This document shows positions 12,178-25,839 of a stretch of 64,000 bases of DNA, piece by piece. Under the pieces are notes generated by a model, which saw only the letters and a list, made by a program, of their open reading frames with translations, ran no database searches and was not told the DNA's origin. Numbering within the stretch: the stretch's first letter is position 1; every line of letters begins with the position of its first letter. Origin of the DNA: Glaucostegus cemiculus (lineage: Eukaryota); assembly GCA_976551045.1 (NCBI GenBank), contig CDPCPM010000064.1:3410001-3474000 (forward strand), in the 5' to 3' direction. Both the position numbers and the translations under genes were made by a program.

Positions 12178-13885
12178 CATAGAACCATAGATCCATAGAA
12201 CAATACAGCACAAAACACGCCCTTCGGCCCACCACGTTGTGCCGTCCTTCAAACGTCACACGATCTAACTCTTTCCTCCCACATATCCTTCCATTCCACA
12301 TTCCTCCACTTGCCTATCAATCTCTTAAACCTGTCCAACGTATCTGCCTCCACCACCACCCCAGGCAGCGCATTCAATGCGACAACCACTCTCTGGGTGA
12401 ACAACTTCCCTCTGTCATCTCCCCTGAACTTTCCACCCAATATCTTAAAGCCATGCCCTTTTGTCTTGAGTATCTATGCTCTGGGAAAGAGGCGCTGGCT
12501 GTCAACTCTGTCTATTCCTCTCAATATCTTATTCACCTCTATCAAGTCCTCTCTCATCGTCCTCTTCTCCAACGAGAAAAGCCCTAGCACCTTAAGCCTC
12601 TCCTAATATTCCATACCGTCTAATCCAGCAATCATCCTGGTAAGTCGCCTCTGTACCCTCTCAAACGCCTCCACATCCTTCTTATAATGCGGCGACAAAA
12701 ACTGAACACAATACTCTGTGTGGTTTAACTCGAGTTTTGTAAAGCAGCATCATCACCTCTCCGCTCTTGAACTAAATCCCACGATTTATAATAAAAACAA
12801 CCTGTAAGCCTTCTTAACTGTCCTATCCACCTGCGAGACAACTTTAAGTGAAATGTGGATATGAACCCCCAGATCCCTCTGCTCCTCTATACTGCCAAAT
12901 ACCCTGTCATTTATCTTGTACTTTGCCCTGGAGTTTGTCCTACCAAAGTGCAACAGCTTACGCTTGCTCCGGGTTGAACTCCATCTGACACCTCTCCACC
13001 CAGCTCTGCATCCTATCAATATCCCTCTGTAAGCTGCGACTGTCCTCCACACTATCCACCACACCGCCGATCTTAGTGTCATCCGCAAACTTACCAACCC
13101 AGCCTTCCACCCGTTCATTCAAGTCATCTGTAAATATAACAAATAAGTAGAGCTCCGAGAGCCGATCTCTGCGGGATACTACTACTCACAACTCTCCAAT
13201 CCCAGCGTGCTCCCTCCACCACAACACTCTGCTTTCTACAATTCCTGATCCACACAGTCAATCTCCCCTGGATGCCTTGAACTCCGACCTTCTGAAGAAG
13301 CCTACCATGAGGAACCTTATTGAACCCCTTACTAAAATCTATGTAGCCCACATCCACCGCACAGCCTTCATCAACCTTCCTCGTCACCACCTCAAAAAAC
13401 TCTATCAGGCTAATGAGGCAAGATTGTCCCTTCACAAATCCATGCTGGCTGGCTGTAATCAGTACATAATTCTCTAAATGATCATAGATCCTATCCCTTG
13501 GAATCATTTCTAACCACAGACGTTGAGACTCACCGGTCTGTAATTCCCCGAACTAACCCTACTACCTTTCTTTTTTTAAATTTATTTTTCTTAGCGATGA
13601 ACCAAAACGAATCATTTTACCTCTGCATTAACCAGAGTCGATACCTTTCTTAAACAAGGGAACAACATTCACTACCCGCCAATCCTCCGGCACCATCCCT
13701 GTGGACAACGAGGACTCAAATACCTTCACCAGCGGATAAACAATCTCTTGCCTCGTGCCTCGAAGCAGGCTGGGAGACTTATCTGTCTTGGTATTATTTA
13801 AGAACTTCAACACCTCCACCCTCTCGATAGCTACATACTCGAGAACATTACCCTTACCAGCACTCTCTACCGCGTCATCAAATGC
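12178..13885 (-). mobile_element. 5'-truncated CR1 LINE (RT and 3' end)
   Basis: Reads PEDWRVVNVVPLFKKG, QHGFVKGQSC and DFSKGFNKVPH; tail catagaaccatagatccatagaac at 12178. Confidence 0.9.
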
Positions 13886-13963
13886 ACATTCACCACGTCG
13901 AGTCCCCACTCCCCACTGCACCTTCACGCTGTCCAGTCCTCACTGTACCTTCACCCTGCGCCG
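13885..13963. repeat. ~23-bp minisatellite, right part
   Basis: ccccactgcaccttcacgctgtccagt / cctcactgtaccttcaccctgcgccg. Confidence 0.6.
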
Positions 13964-14388
13964 CATAGTAATACGGCATGATGTCGGCTATAATGCCTCT
14001 GATGCTGAACTGATCCTCGGCCTGTTCGAAACAAACACGAAGCTGCACGGCCCAGAAAGTCGGGAGCTTGAGCGAGACGGCGTTGTGAGAGTCGCTGGTA
14101 TTGATGCTGAGGGTTCCAGAGGCGGTGTCGAAGCGACGGGTCACCAAATGCAGTCGGCCGGTGTGTGTGGTTAGGTGAAAGACGCAGAGATGTGGCGGCT
14201 GAGTCGGAGCACCCTTTACTAACTGAAGCAAAACGCGCGCATGCGCAAAAGTACCCGACGACCTACTCTGCTTACGTGACGCAGGTAACACACCGAAAGG
14301 CCCGCTCCGCGATGTCTACGACGTGCTCCCGCGCGTTGGCCCGCGGCCGCCGATAGCGGTTTGAGCCCTGTGAGCGCGGGCTGCTACA
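13960..14388 (-). mobile_element. Truncated Gypsy LTR retrotransposon (240-bp 5' LTR, tRNA-Trp-like PBS, gag start)
   Basis: LTR 14149-14388 (TGTAGC...GACTGCA on the minus strand). It is followed by TGGTGACCC, complementary to the tRNA-Trp 3' end, and then AVSLKLPTFWAVQLRVCFEQAEDQFSIRGI, a typical Gypsy gag N-terminus. Confidence 0.75.
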
Positions 14389-14640
14389 CGCTACCTTAGA
14401 TATTACTAAGCTTATTCTAGCACCCTAGTTTTCTAAGCTCCATGTACCTATCCAAAAATCTCTTAAGAGAACCTATCGTATCCACCACCATCACCGTTGC
14501 CGCCAGCCCGTTCCATGCAGTCAACGCTCCTTGAGTAAAGAAACTTACCCCTGACATCTCCTCTGCACCTACACCCCAGCACCTTAAACCTGTGTCCTCT
14601 TCTGGCAACCAGTTCAGCCCTGGGAAAATTGTCTGACTAT
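14389..14640 (-). mobile_element. CR1 3' portion, split by the Gmr1 insertion (continues at 20998)
   Basis: Similar to 7398-7650. The sequence ...gtctgaCTAT joins colinearly to CTATccacacg at 20998. Confidence 0.85.
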
Positions 14641-15183
14641 TGTTACGTAGCAGCAACAACGGAAAGACACCGAGTCATATACGTGTTAAAATAGTTTATT
14701 AATAACTGCTTGTAATAATAAGAAAAGTAAATAGTTAGATATTTAACATTAATGCCAAAACTAAACTCGAAGTATGTGTGTAGCAAATTCCCAAACTCCG
14801 AGTCCAGGAATCGTTCTCAAAGTTCAGTTCAGCAAATCATCAGGTGAAAATTGAGCAAAAGCTTTTCCAAAAAGAGAAGAAACTGAGAAGAAAATGTAGA
14901 GAGAGAATATAGAGGGAAATTATCAATTCCAAATGTTCCATGATGGAACCCATACAACACCTCACTCATTGATGATCTCCATTGTTTTGTTCTGAAACAT
15001 CTACCACCCTGAAGGAATTCGATACGTGGCCGCCCAAAGAAATATCTATTTAGCTCTACAGGTTAATGACAAAGTGGACTCCATTTGTTTGCTCCAAATA
15101 TTCATATGTGGATTGTGGTGACGGACAATCACCAGGTAATGTTCTTCATCCATTGGTACAGAGACCAGCAGACAGTCTCTCCC

Positions 15184-15187
<4 letters not shown>

Positions 15188-15240
<53 letters not shown>
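15188..15240. repeat. (CT)n microsatellite within the LTR
   Basis: Directly visible. Confidence 0.95.
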
Positions 15241-15241
<1 letters not shown>

Positions 15242-18200
15242 ATTCTCACTGATTCACTGAGGAAAACCCGTCAGCACAATGTAACCACTGACACACCACT
15301 ACTCTACAGTCCAAGTCTCAAATGGATATTCACCAAATACTGATCTGGCTCGTAACACCTCCTTCTAAAAGAAAAATCTTGACCTGCAAGAGCAACATAT
15401 TTATCTGCGCATAGAATTTGTAAAGGAATGTGTCATAATTATCATTCTACTCAATTACAGAAAATCAGATTAGTAAACATGTATTTTCCCATTTAACATC
15501 GGGAAAGGCAATCAGCAATTATGCTGCCTTTGCCTTTAATGTGGGTTATCATGAGACCAAACTCTTGCAAAATTAAACTTCAGTTTATCAGGCTTGCGTT
15601 CAAGTTATTCACTCGGCTCAAAAATACCAATGGGTTATGATCTGTATACACAATAAATGTTTTCTGAGCTGTGCAACGATACACAAGTGACAGTAATTCT
15701 TTCCCTATGGTGGAATAATTATTTTGATGCTCATTAAATTTCTTCGAATCGGAAGCTACAGACTGGTAAATATCATCACAGTGACCCTTCAGCAACAACA
15801 CAACTCCTGCGCCTTCACCACTGGCATCTACTGCCAATAAAAATGGCTTTTCAAAGTCTTGTGATTTGAACACTGAATGCATAAAATGGCTTTCAGTTTC
15901 ACAGATGCTTCTTGGCAAGGATCTGTCCAAACAAACTGCACTCCCTTCTTCAGAAGCTAAGCTAAGGAAAGAGTAATATCAGCAAAACCTTTACAAAATT
16001 TGCGATGATATCTATTCATTTCCAGAAACCTTCTAACAGTACCCGTTGGAATGGGGAACACAGATACTATTTGGACTTATGCCTGAACTGGTGCCAATTT
16101 GCCTTGATCTTCAACATAACCAAAATATATCACAGTGACATGGCCAAATTCACTTTCAGCCAAGTTAACTGTAAGGTTGGTTTTGGAAAGTCTTTCAAAC
16201 ATTCTTTCTAATGCAGATATATAATCTTCCCATGTGTCAATCCCTGTTGCTCAGTCGTCAAAGTAGCTATATGTATGTTTTAAACAATGAATTACAGAAA
16301 TAGTCATTCTTTGAAATGTTGCTGCAGCATTCTTTATTCCAAATGGGAAAAAAATGTGTTCATGCAATCTAGAAAAGGCAGAAATTTCCCTTCCTCTATC
16401 TATCAATGGGACAAACCAGTACTCTTTTAGTAGGTCAATATTTGTAAGAAATTTAGCCTTTCCCACTCTGACTATGCAATCATCCACCCTCAGGATAGGG
16501 TAGGCATCTGACTTAGTTACAGCATTCACTTTTCTAAAATCATTGCAAAACCTAACACTCCCATCTGCCTTGGGCACAATAACACAGGGTCAACTCTAAG
16601 TTGAAGTGGAACGTCTAATGATATCACTCTCTAACATATATTCAATCTCTTGGTCAACTAGTGTACTCTTTTCCACATTTATTCGACATGGCTGTTGTCT
16701 CATTGATTTTGAATCCCCAACATCAACGTCATGATGAATTATTGACGTTCTCTTTGGAACAGCCGGAAACAAATTATGAAATTTTAAAGTTAACTGCTTC
16801 ATCCGTTGATTTTGCAAAAGTTGCAAATGTTCCAACTTCATCTCAAGGTTCTCCAGAATGATTTTGTTTCCCAGCTTTCGTGACACAATGTTTGGTCTAA
16901 ATTGATCTTCTCCAGTCTCAAGTTTGGATCGCATCGTATCAGCACCCACATTATCAGCCATGGCCTCAGCTGTACTTCGCTCGTAGTAAGGATTAAGTAG
17001 GTTTACATGACAGAGTTGTGCTTGTTTGCGTCGATCAAGTGTTTCGATCACGTGATTTAAATCATTAATCTTTGACTCAATTACATAGGGCATTTCGATT
17101 AGGAAAATCGCTAACACTTTATCTCCCTTCATAAACGTCCTTGAGCGAGCATGTTTCACAAAATATGTTTTATTTTCCGTTTGGCTTGTTTTCAAATGCT
17201 CTCTTTCAAACTGGCAAACACCCTGCAGCCGTTTTTTGAATTTCTGAACATCGTCCAACAGATTCAAGTTTATCTCCTTATTAACCCATTGTTCGCTTAG
17301 CAATTCTAAAGGTTCTCTAACCTGATGTCCAAACACAAGTTCAAACGGAATGAACTGTAAGGGTTCCTACACTGATTCTCACAATGCAAACAAAAGCAAA
17401 TGGACTCCTTCATCCCAATCATTTGTGCTTTCAACGCAGAACGTCTTCAGTATAATTTTGAGAAGAGAATGAAATCTCTCCAAAGCTCCCTGATATACTG
17501 CGTGATACACGGGTGATGCGATCTACTCTGCACCCAACTCATAGACTAATTGCTGAAATAAATCCGACATAAAATTACGACCTTTGTCAGATGGGATTTC
17601 TTTCGGCAACCCAACCAAAGTGAAAAATTATGAAAGGGGCTTTGACAGAGTCTTGGTCTTAATATCTCTGAGTGGTTTTGCCTCTGGAACTCTAGAAGCT
17701 GCACGCATGATGGTTATTTAATTCTGATTCCCAGCTGCAGACTTTGGCAATGGGCCAACACAGCCCACAATTATCTTTCAAAGTGTTCACCAAAGGCAGG
17801 AACAGGCTTCAAAGGAGCCACAGGGGGACTTCGATTAGATTTACCTGCCATCTAACATGTGTGAGATGTTAGATGGCAGATGTTAAAAAAACATCACAAT
17901 ATCCTTCCTCAAACCAAGCCAAAGTATTTTTTTTCAAAATCTTCCTGACAGTTTTATGCACCAAAATGACCACCTAAAGGCATTCTATGCGCCAGGTATA
18001 AAATCTCATTCCTATAAACGTTAGGAAACACAACCTTCCTATTAGTCACTGGCAGGGACATTAGGAGGTCTCTATTTCCTCATTAACACTCCATTTTTGA
18101 AATATTATCCGGTTGACACCTGCTCAATTTCATCACTCGAGGGTGCTTTCTCACTCAATTCTGTAAGCTCAGGATCTTTAGTCAGCTCAACTAAAAGTTA

Positions 18201-20715
18201 ATTCGTGGTAGAGACAAATCTTTATATGAAGGCTCAATACAAGAATTTTGATCCTCCAGTGAAGACAAAAACGTCTCCAACAAGTCATCATAACTTGCAT
18301 CCTGTTTCGGGCTGTCACAGGGAACAAACTCAGGCAACTATCGACCTTGGCTAATTCTTTACAGGATGGATAAAAATCTGAATCGTTCTTGGACTTATCA
18401 ATAATTGGTTTGCTCGTTAACTGTACAACAGGGACAATGTTTTCACCTGCAAAGTCTTTCCCCAATAATAAAGAAACTCCTTCCACTGGGAAATAGGTCG
18501 TATCCCTATCTTAACAGGTCCTGCTATTAAACCTTGTCTTTGAAAATTGCCGGGTGCAGAGGTTCCGACAGAGTGTCACCTGTAATGCCTCTCACTAGAT
18601 TTATTCTCGCCAATGGCAGTCTCCTCACCAAAATGTAAAACACTTTCCACAAGATAGATTGGGAAGCCCCAGTATCTCCAAGGACATTCACTGGCACTTG
18701 TGCTGACGGAACATTCAGTGAGACAAAACCCTCTGATACAAAAGAACGGAACTCCTCCCTAATCTTATCCATCACTTCAGCCTTTTCCTCTGGCAAAGAC
18801 TGATCTTTAACAGCATGTCCAAACCCCGTTGAAATTTGTGTTTAACTGCTTGGAAACATTCACTTGGCATGGGCTCGTCTCCTTTCTTTTTCTTGAAGAG
18901 GGTGCAATTAGCGATCACAAGACCTGGTTCCATACAGTAATAACAAGTAGGCTCAGCGGGTTTCTCCAACACTGGCTTTCTTTCATCCTTCTCTTTTTGA
19001 TTACTTCCCAACTAAATCTCCGGTTACTTGGATTGAATTTATAACTCCTTTGAAAGGTCTTAGTTTGTCCCTATTTGGATTTATGGGTTAAATCATACTC
19101 ATCTTCCATCTTAGCAGTTTCTTGAAAAGTTTCTACCTCCCTTTCATTTAGATATTTTGTTATTTCAACTGGGGCACATTTTTTAATGTCTTCCACTAAA
19201 ATCAATTCTCTCAGTTTGTCATAATGCCCATCTATATTTGTAGACGTGCACCGTCGTTTAAATCATATTCTTTTTCCATTAGCAAATTCCACGTAGTCTG
19301 GTCTAAAGGCTTCTTGAGTTCTCTAAATTTCTGTCTGCAAGCTTCAGATACTAATTCATAAGCTTTAAACACAGCTTGTTTTGACTTTCTATAATCAGCT
19401 GCATCCCAACAGACGAAGCAGAATAAGTTTGTTGAGCTTTACCTTCAATCACACTCTGTAACATAACAGCCCATCTTTCCTTTGGCCACTGTGAACTCTC
19501 AGAAACTTTTTCAAAATGTTGCAAATATGATCAGCCTGATCTTCATCAAAAGGAGGGACCAATCAAACCTCCCTACTGACTATGATAGCATCATCAGAAT
19601 CAGAACCAGATTCAGAATTCTTTCGTTTCATTTCTACCTCATGCAGCCTGTGTCTCTTCTAGTCCTCATCCTCCATCATCGTCAATTCTATCTGTGCATT
19701 TAACCTTCTTTGTTCTGCCTCGGCGTCTAATCTTCTTTGTTTTAACTCCAGTTTCCTTTGTTCTCTTTTGGGCTCTATATTTGCTCGCTGCACCTGAGCC
19801 TTGGAAATCTCGGACTCACTCCCGGAAACCGTTCTAACATATCCTGCCAAAACACCTTCAACTCCACGTTAGGGACAGCTATCAGTTTTTGGATATCTCC
19901 CCTTCTTATAGACCGCTATATTGATTCAATGTTTAGCTCCGCAGCAATGTGCAACAAATGATACTTCTTCATCCCCTGCAATCCCCCAGGGGTTGGCTTT
20001 TACAAAAATGTATCCATAGTTCTGGTTCCACACAACCAAACTACTCAAGAACAATTTTTATCAGGCCGACCAGCAATCAGTCGTCCAATAAACCCAATTT
20101 TTTTCAAACCCAATCCTTTCGTACTAGTCTTGACTTTGATTTCAGAACACCTTCGTCAATCTTGGGATCGATCGCGGACGAGCCCCCAATTTAGTTGCCT
20201 ACCATCAACAATAGAAACCCACCAAGTCATGTACAGGTGTTAAAAACTATTCTATAAATAACTATTTGCAATAATAAGGAAATTAGGAAATTAGATGTTC
20301 AGCATTATCCCCAAAACTTAACTCAATGTGCATTTATGTGGCAAATTCACCAACTCCGTGCAGGAATCGTCCTCAAAGTTCAGTTCAGCAAGTCATGCAG
20401 TGAAACGTGAGAAAAGACCTTTTGCAAAGCCACCGTTGACAGAAGATAAAACGTAGAGAGAGAATATAGAGAGAAATTACGAAATCCAAATTCCAGATGT
20501 TCCACGGTGGAACCCATACGAAACCCCACGCATTGTTGATCGCAATTGCTTCTTTCCTAAGTATCTGCCACACCGAAGGCATTCGATATGTGACCGCCCA
20601 CATTAATACCTGATTCCCTCTGCAGGTAACGACAAAATGGACTCCACTTGTTTGCTCCTTGAATCCATACATGCATTGTAGTGACAGACACAGCTATTGT
20701 TCTTCATCCTTTGAT

Positions 20716-20860
20716 NNNNNNNNNNNNNNNNNNNNNNNNNNNNNNNNNNNNNNNNNNNNNNNNNNNNNNNNNNNNNNNNNNNNNNNNNNNNNNNNNNNNN
20801 NNNNNNNNNNNNNNNNNNNNNNNNNNNNNNNNNNNNNNNNNNNNNNNNNNNNNNNNNNNN
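20716..20860. other. Assembly gap (145 N)
   Basis: Run of N at the position equivalent to the (CT)n tract of the other LTR. Confidence 0.99.
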
Positions 20861-20997
20861 CTCTGGGAGTTACTGAGCAAAAAGTGTCAGCACATTGTAA
20901 TCTTCCTGCTGTCCTGAAGACACCACACACACACACCACTACTCTACTATCAAGGACTTAAAGGGACATTCACTAAATACCATCCTGGCTCGTAACA

Positions 20998-22330
20998 CTA
21001 TCCACACGTTTAAAAACTCTCATCATCTTATACACCACGATAAGGTCACTACTCATCCTCCGATAATCCCAGGATAAAATACCGAGTTCACTCAACCTTT
21101 TCTCATAAGGCATCCTCCACGTCCTTGTAAATCTCCTCTGCACCCTCCATGTGGCTTCCACATCCTTCCTGCAGTAAGTCGGCCAGAACTGAGCAAAGTA
21201 CTCCAAGTGGGATCTGACCAGGGTCCTTTCCGGCTGCAACATCACCTCTTGGCTCCTAAATCCAATTCCACGTTTGATGAAGGACAACACACCATTTGCC
21301 TTCTTACACACAGAGTCAACCTGTGCAGCCGCTTTCAGCGTCGCATGGACACAGTCCCCAAGATCCCTCTGATCCCCCGCACTGCCAAGAGACTTACCAT
21401 TAATACTATATTCTGCCATTACAAATGACTATCAAAATGAAGCACTTCGCATTTAACAAGACTGAACGCCATTTGCCGCTTCTCAACCCAGTTTTGCATC
21501 CTATCTGTGTTTAGCTGTAACCTCTGAAAACCCTGCACACTATCCGCAGAATTTCCGACCGTTGTGTCATCAGCAAACTTAGTAACCCATCCCTCCAATT
21601 CCTCATCCAGGTCGTTAATGAAAATCACAAAGAGTAAGGGTCCCAGAACAGATGCCTGAAACACACCACTACTGGTGAATACTACGAATATGGCCCGTCA
21701 ACAACCACTCTTTACCTTGTGTGAGCCAGCCAGTTCTGGATCCACAAAGCAATGTCCCCTTGGATCCCATGGCTCCTTATTTTATAACTTAGCCTTGCAT
21801 GGGGTACCTTATCAAATGCCTTGCTGAAATCCATATGCACTACATCTACTGTTCTTCCTACATGGATATGTTTAGTCACAGCCTCAAAAAAATAATCAGG
21901 CTCGTAAGGTGAGATATGCCCTTGAAAAGGCATGCTGACTATTCCTAATCATATTGTAACTCTCAAAATGTTCATACATCCTCCTCTCAGGATCTTATCC
22001 ATCAGCTTACCAACCACTGAAGTAAGACTCACGGGTCTATAATGGGCTGTCTCTACTTCCTTTCTTGAATAAGGGGATACCATTTGCAACGCTCTATTCC
22101 TCTCGAACCTCCCTGTCCTCATTGAAGATGTAAAGATCATCGCCAGAGACTCCGCAATCTCCCCCTCCTATCCCACAGTAGCCTGCGGTACATCTCATCC
22201 GGTCTCGGCCACATCGAACTTGGTGCTTTCCAAAAGCTCCAGCACATCCTCGTTCTTAATATCTATATGCTCAAGCTTTTATGCCTGCAGCAATCTCCAC
22301 TACAGTCAACAAGATGTTTTTCCATAGATC
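20998..22330 (-). mobile_element. CR1 LINE body (RT), host of the Gmr1 element
   Basis: Reads YRPVSLTSVVGK, DFSKAFDKVPH, VLGPLLFVIFINDL and FADDT. Confidence 0.9.
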
Positions 22331-23779
22331 TTGCTGGACACTGAAGGCGGGGGAGCGGATTCCCCAGGTCTGGAAGGTAAGGAACTACCACAGAACTGAA
22401 TTGGAATACCTGGAGCTTATTCACCCAGAACAGGAGGTAAGTGTCAATGACCTGGAGTGGATTCAGCTTCCTTGTGAGTAAATTGTTGCTTCCATGCAGG
22501 TCTAAGTTTCCTCAAGAAGGGTAAGCTGCCTCAACAGGTAGGTTTGGATGTTTAGGAGGCCTCTTTGCAGATTTCGCCCCGGATATACTTTTGGGTTGGG
22601 CCTCCCGTCCGGTAGGGCCTGAGTGTCGTGCCCAGGCTAAAGGGGATCGCGACAGTTCGAGCCTCGGCCACACGTCTGGTCGGACATCGGGACTCAGCCA
22701 CGCGTTGGGTCGGGCCTCGGTCTCGTCCTGCGCAGGTCGGGTCTCGGTGGCGGGCGCTCCGCTGTGATCCTGGAATCAGGACTCTGCAATGGGGGCTCCG
22801 TGGGCCGTCCCTTCGCCCTGAGAAGGCTTCCACGTGGACGTCCTAGGCACGTCCTTGGCCTCGCTGCTTGTTTACCTGGAGAGAATAAGTTGACTGGCGG
22901 TTTCCCTCAGGGATCAGCTTCGGGGTCACTGACACATTGTTGATATCTGTTACAACGTCAATAATCGAGAACTGGGTCGCAACTCTGCCGTTGACAGAAA
23001 GCTTGACGGTATTGCGGTAGACTGCGGCAGCAGATAAGTCGAGTTCTGAAAGGGACAGTTCTACAATACACGGAGTGGAAACATTGGTGAATTCGTTGAG
23101 AATGACATGAGATAAAGAGTTTAAAATCCTTTATTACACAGAGGTGTGTTTGGAATCTGGGAAGTCCTGCTTGCAGATGTGATGCAGACAGGTTCCGCCT
23201 AGGCCTTCAAGAGGGAATTCGATAAACGTGCGCCGAGCACATTCACGAAGGGCTGGAGAAAATTTGGAAGATTAGAACCAGAAATCAAGGCTGGCGAAGC
23301 TAGCGTGGGCACAATGGGCCTAATGTTCCCCAACTATACACTGATTTTTCTCGTGGTCCACAATTACATGAAGGTCGAGGTAACATGGGTGGAGATCGAA
23401 TGCGAGTCAACTTTAACGGCTGACGATTTTCTGCCGAGGAATAAAACGTTGATGAGAAGGCAGTGGGTTCACCGTTACCTATTTCCCCTTCCCCGATATT
23501 CTCCGGTTCTGTTTATCTCAAAGCCTGAAACACTGTGATTCAGCTCGGACGGTGTTTACAGGAACCAGGTATGAGCAATCGGCCTCCGATTATTTGAAGA
23601 AACCTGGCGGGGCTTTCCATTGACTTCGATGTTCGCAGATTGAAGCAAGAACTGTGACAGACTATTTCCATCTTCTGAAAGCCAGGCCAGCCTTGCGTTC
23701 AAGATGTGAAGTGGCGGAGTTTTATTTTTTCCAAATGTTTAATGAATTTCACATTGGAGGCTAAATGTGCAAAATGAAA

Positions 23780-24430
23780 CCACATGGGATGCTGATAATA
23801 TAGTCGGCTGGATTAAAAACTGGTTGTTCTGGAGGAAACTGAAAAAAATGATATTGTGGATGGATGCTGGAAAGAGATTACCAGAGCGGCACGGCAGGTA
23901 TCGTGATTGGGCCCCAGATAATCATCATCATAGATACATTCAATGATGTTACCGATATTACGGGATTTATCAGATCTAAATTCGTCGAAGCTTAGTGAAA
24001 TTGTGAGTTCTGAAGAGGAATAGAAGAGGCTACAAATCAGTTTAGAAAAGATTCATTAGACGTTAATTACATGGCAGATGTCGAATCACCCAGATAAATG
24101 AGACGTTGTCCATTTGATAGGAGACAAAGAAAAGCTAAAGGTTACATACATTGCTCTATTAGTGTAGGTACTGGTGTGCAATGGGATCACACTCACTGGC
24201 CGCCGTTGATGAGGCAATTGATAAGTTGATATTGATTGGAAACGATTTTGATTACAGGAATAAGATGTCGCAGAACGATTCACAGGGCACTTGAAATACC
24301 ACACTTGGAGTTTTATGCGGAGTTTGGGTCACATTATCTAAAAATGGGAATGATTTGTTTCGAGACTGTGCAACGAAAGTTCCCCAGATTGATTCCCCGG
24401 ATGGGTGAAATGTCCTGCGAGGAGAAAGTC
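23780..24430 (+). mobile_element. Old CR1 RT remnant
   Basis: Reads IPHLEFYAEFGSHYLK...ETVQRKFPRLIP, matching the CR1 RPHLEYCVQFWSP...VQRRFTR region. Confidence 0.6.
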
Positions 24431-25839
24431 GATCGATAATGAAACAACTCGCTCAGTTGGGGAGGGGAGTGGAGTTGGGATGATGGGACAACTCACGTGA
24501 AAGCACAAAACTCTGAATCGTGTCGACAGGTCTGATGCAAGGTGGGCGTGACCCGTGGAAGAAGATTCTGCAGGAGGCTGTTAAAGCCACGTGGCTGAAT
24601 ATGTCGTCACAACCAGTAGATAAATTACAAAATGTAGCAAAGGTCATGAGGACTGCGCTCAAACACGATCCGAGATCGAGGCTCCGATTAACAAGTCATG
24701 ATCACCTGTTCTTTATATTTTCATCGTTCTCATTATCTGCTTAATCAGGATTGCGATCACTGCGAATGTTGCAGCCTCCAGTCATCACCACTGAATAGCG
24801 CCACGTTTAATCCACATTTTTCCTCACGCAGTTATACCTTACTAGGGATCTTCAGTTAGACGTTTGTAATGGGCTCTCTTAACACGGGGTGAGAGAACGT
24901 CTTAAATAAATGTGGAGCAGCCATTAAACAGTTGTTGACGATGATCCAATCATAAGTAAAGTTAAACTCGTATCACGGACTTACTTTCCTTAACACCATT
25001 GAAAGAGCTTGAAGCTTCCATAAATAGCTGAATTTAGCACAATCCCAATCCCCATATTGAAGTGAATGTGTTTGTATTTCTTTGAGCCGAGAGAAATGTT
25101 GAAATGCTGTTATAATTCGTCGAATTCAATTGGCCCATCGGCAGGACACAACAATTTCACAGTATCAGACCATTTATTACAGATTTGGATGGAAATGTGT
25201 TCAGTATCTGCCACACGACTGTTTTGGGTCTAGCCCTCTGCCAGGCGAACTTAAACCCTCCAGAGTGACATCGCAAATCTCCTTGCCAGGATATTGGCCC
25301 TACTCCAGTTCAGGAGCAGCCCTTTCCACTTGTAGCCCAAAGGACATCTCAGCGGTCAAGGAAACTGAAACCTTCCGTCGTTCTCCAGCTCCTCGGCCAC
25401 ACATTTCTCTGCCACACCTTCCCACCCTACAGACACTTGGAGTAAAATGGAGGTTATAACCCTTCATTGGCTGTTTTTATAAACTGCTGCCTTGCTCTCC
25501 ATATTCACTCAGCGGAATCTCATCCCATGTTATACACATGGTACCAAAATATACAACCACCTATGGCTGACCAGCCCACCACCCTCACCTTGAAAATTAT
25601 TCTTGTCAAGTGATTAACATTTTAAAAGTGTAAATGGAGTTTGGATGGCTGGCTCAGACATAGTAGAAGGAATGGTATCCCCGAATTATACGTGAATGTG
25701 AAACAGATTCGGTAACACTTGTTTCCTGATTTCTCTTCATTAACTCGCCAGACGAGGTCCAGATTTCCAAATCTAGCAGCATTAAAATTATATTCGGGAA
25801 CGTCGGGGTTCAATTCTCCCATTTGCGATGAAGGCGTTC

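Larger units (their letters stand above)
14641..20997 (-). mobile_element. Full-length, decayed Gmr1-type Ty3/Gypsy LTR retrotransposon
   Basis: LTRs at 14641-15357 and about 20193-20997, with TSD CTAT. PBS TGGGGGCTCGTCCGCGAT (20171-20188, tRNA-Pro) and PPT AGAAGGAGG next to the 3' LTR. Domains in order: gag with CCHC-like CYYCMEPGLVIANC, protease DTGA, integrase (about 17340-18130; HRMPLGGHFG, SDKGRNF, ALERFH), RT (16251-16577; RFCNDFRKVN...YFDD), RNase H (15500-15930; VDAS, TDHNPL). Confidence 0.92.

Noticed and set aside
12080-13963. Short direct repeats as a CRISPR-like array
   Set aside because: No unique spacers and a eukaryotic context; it is a minisatellite.
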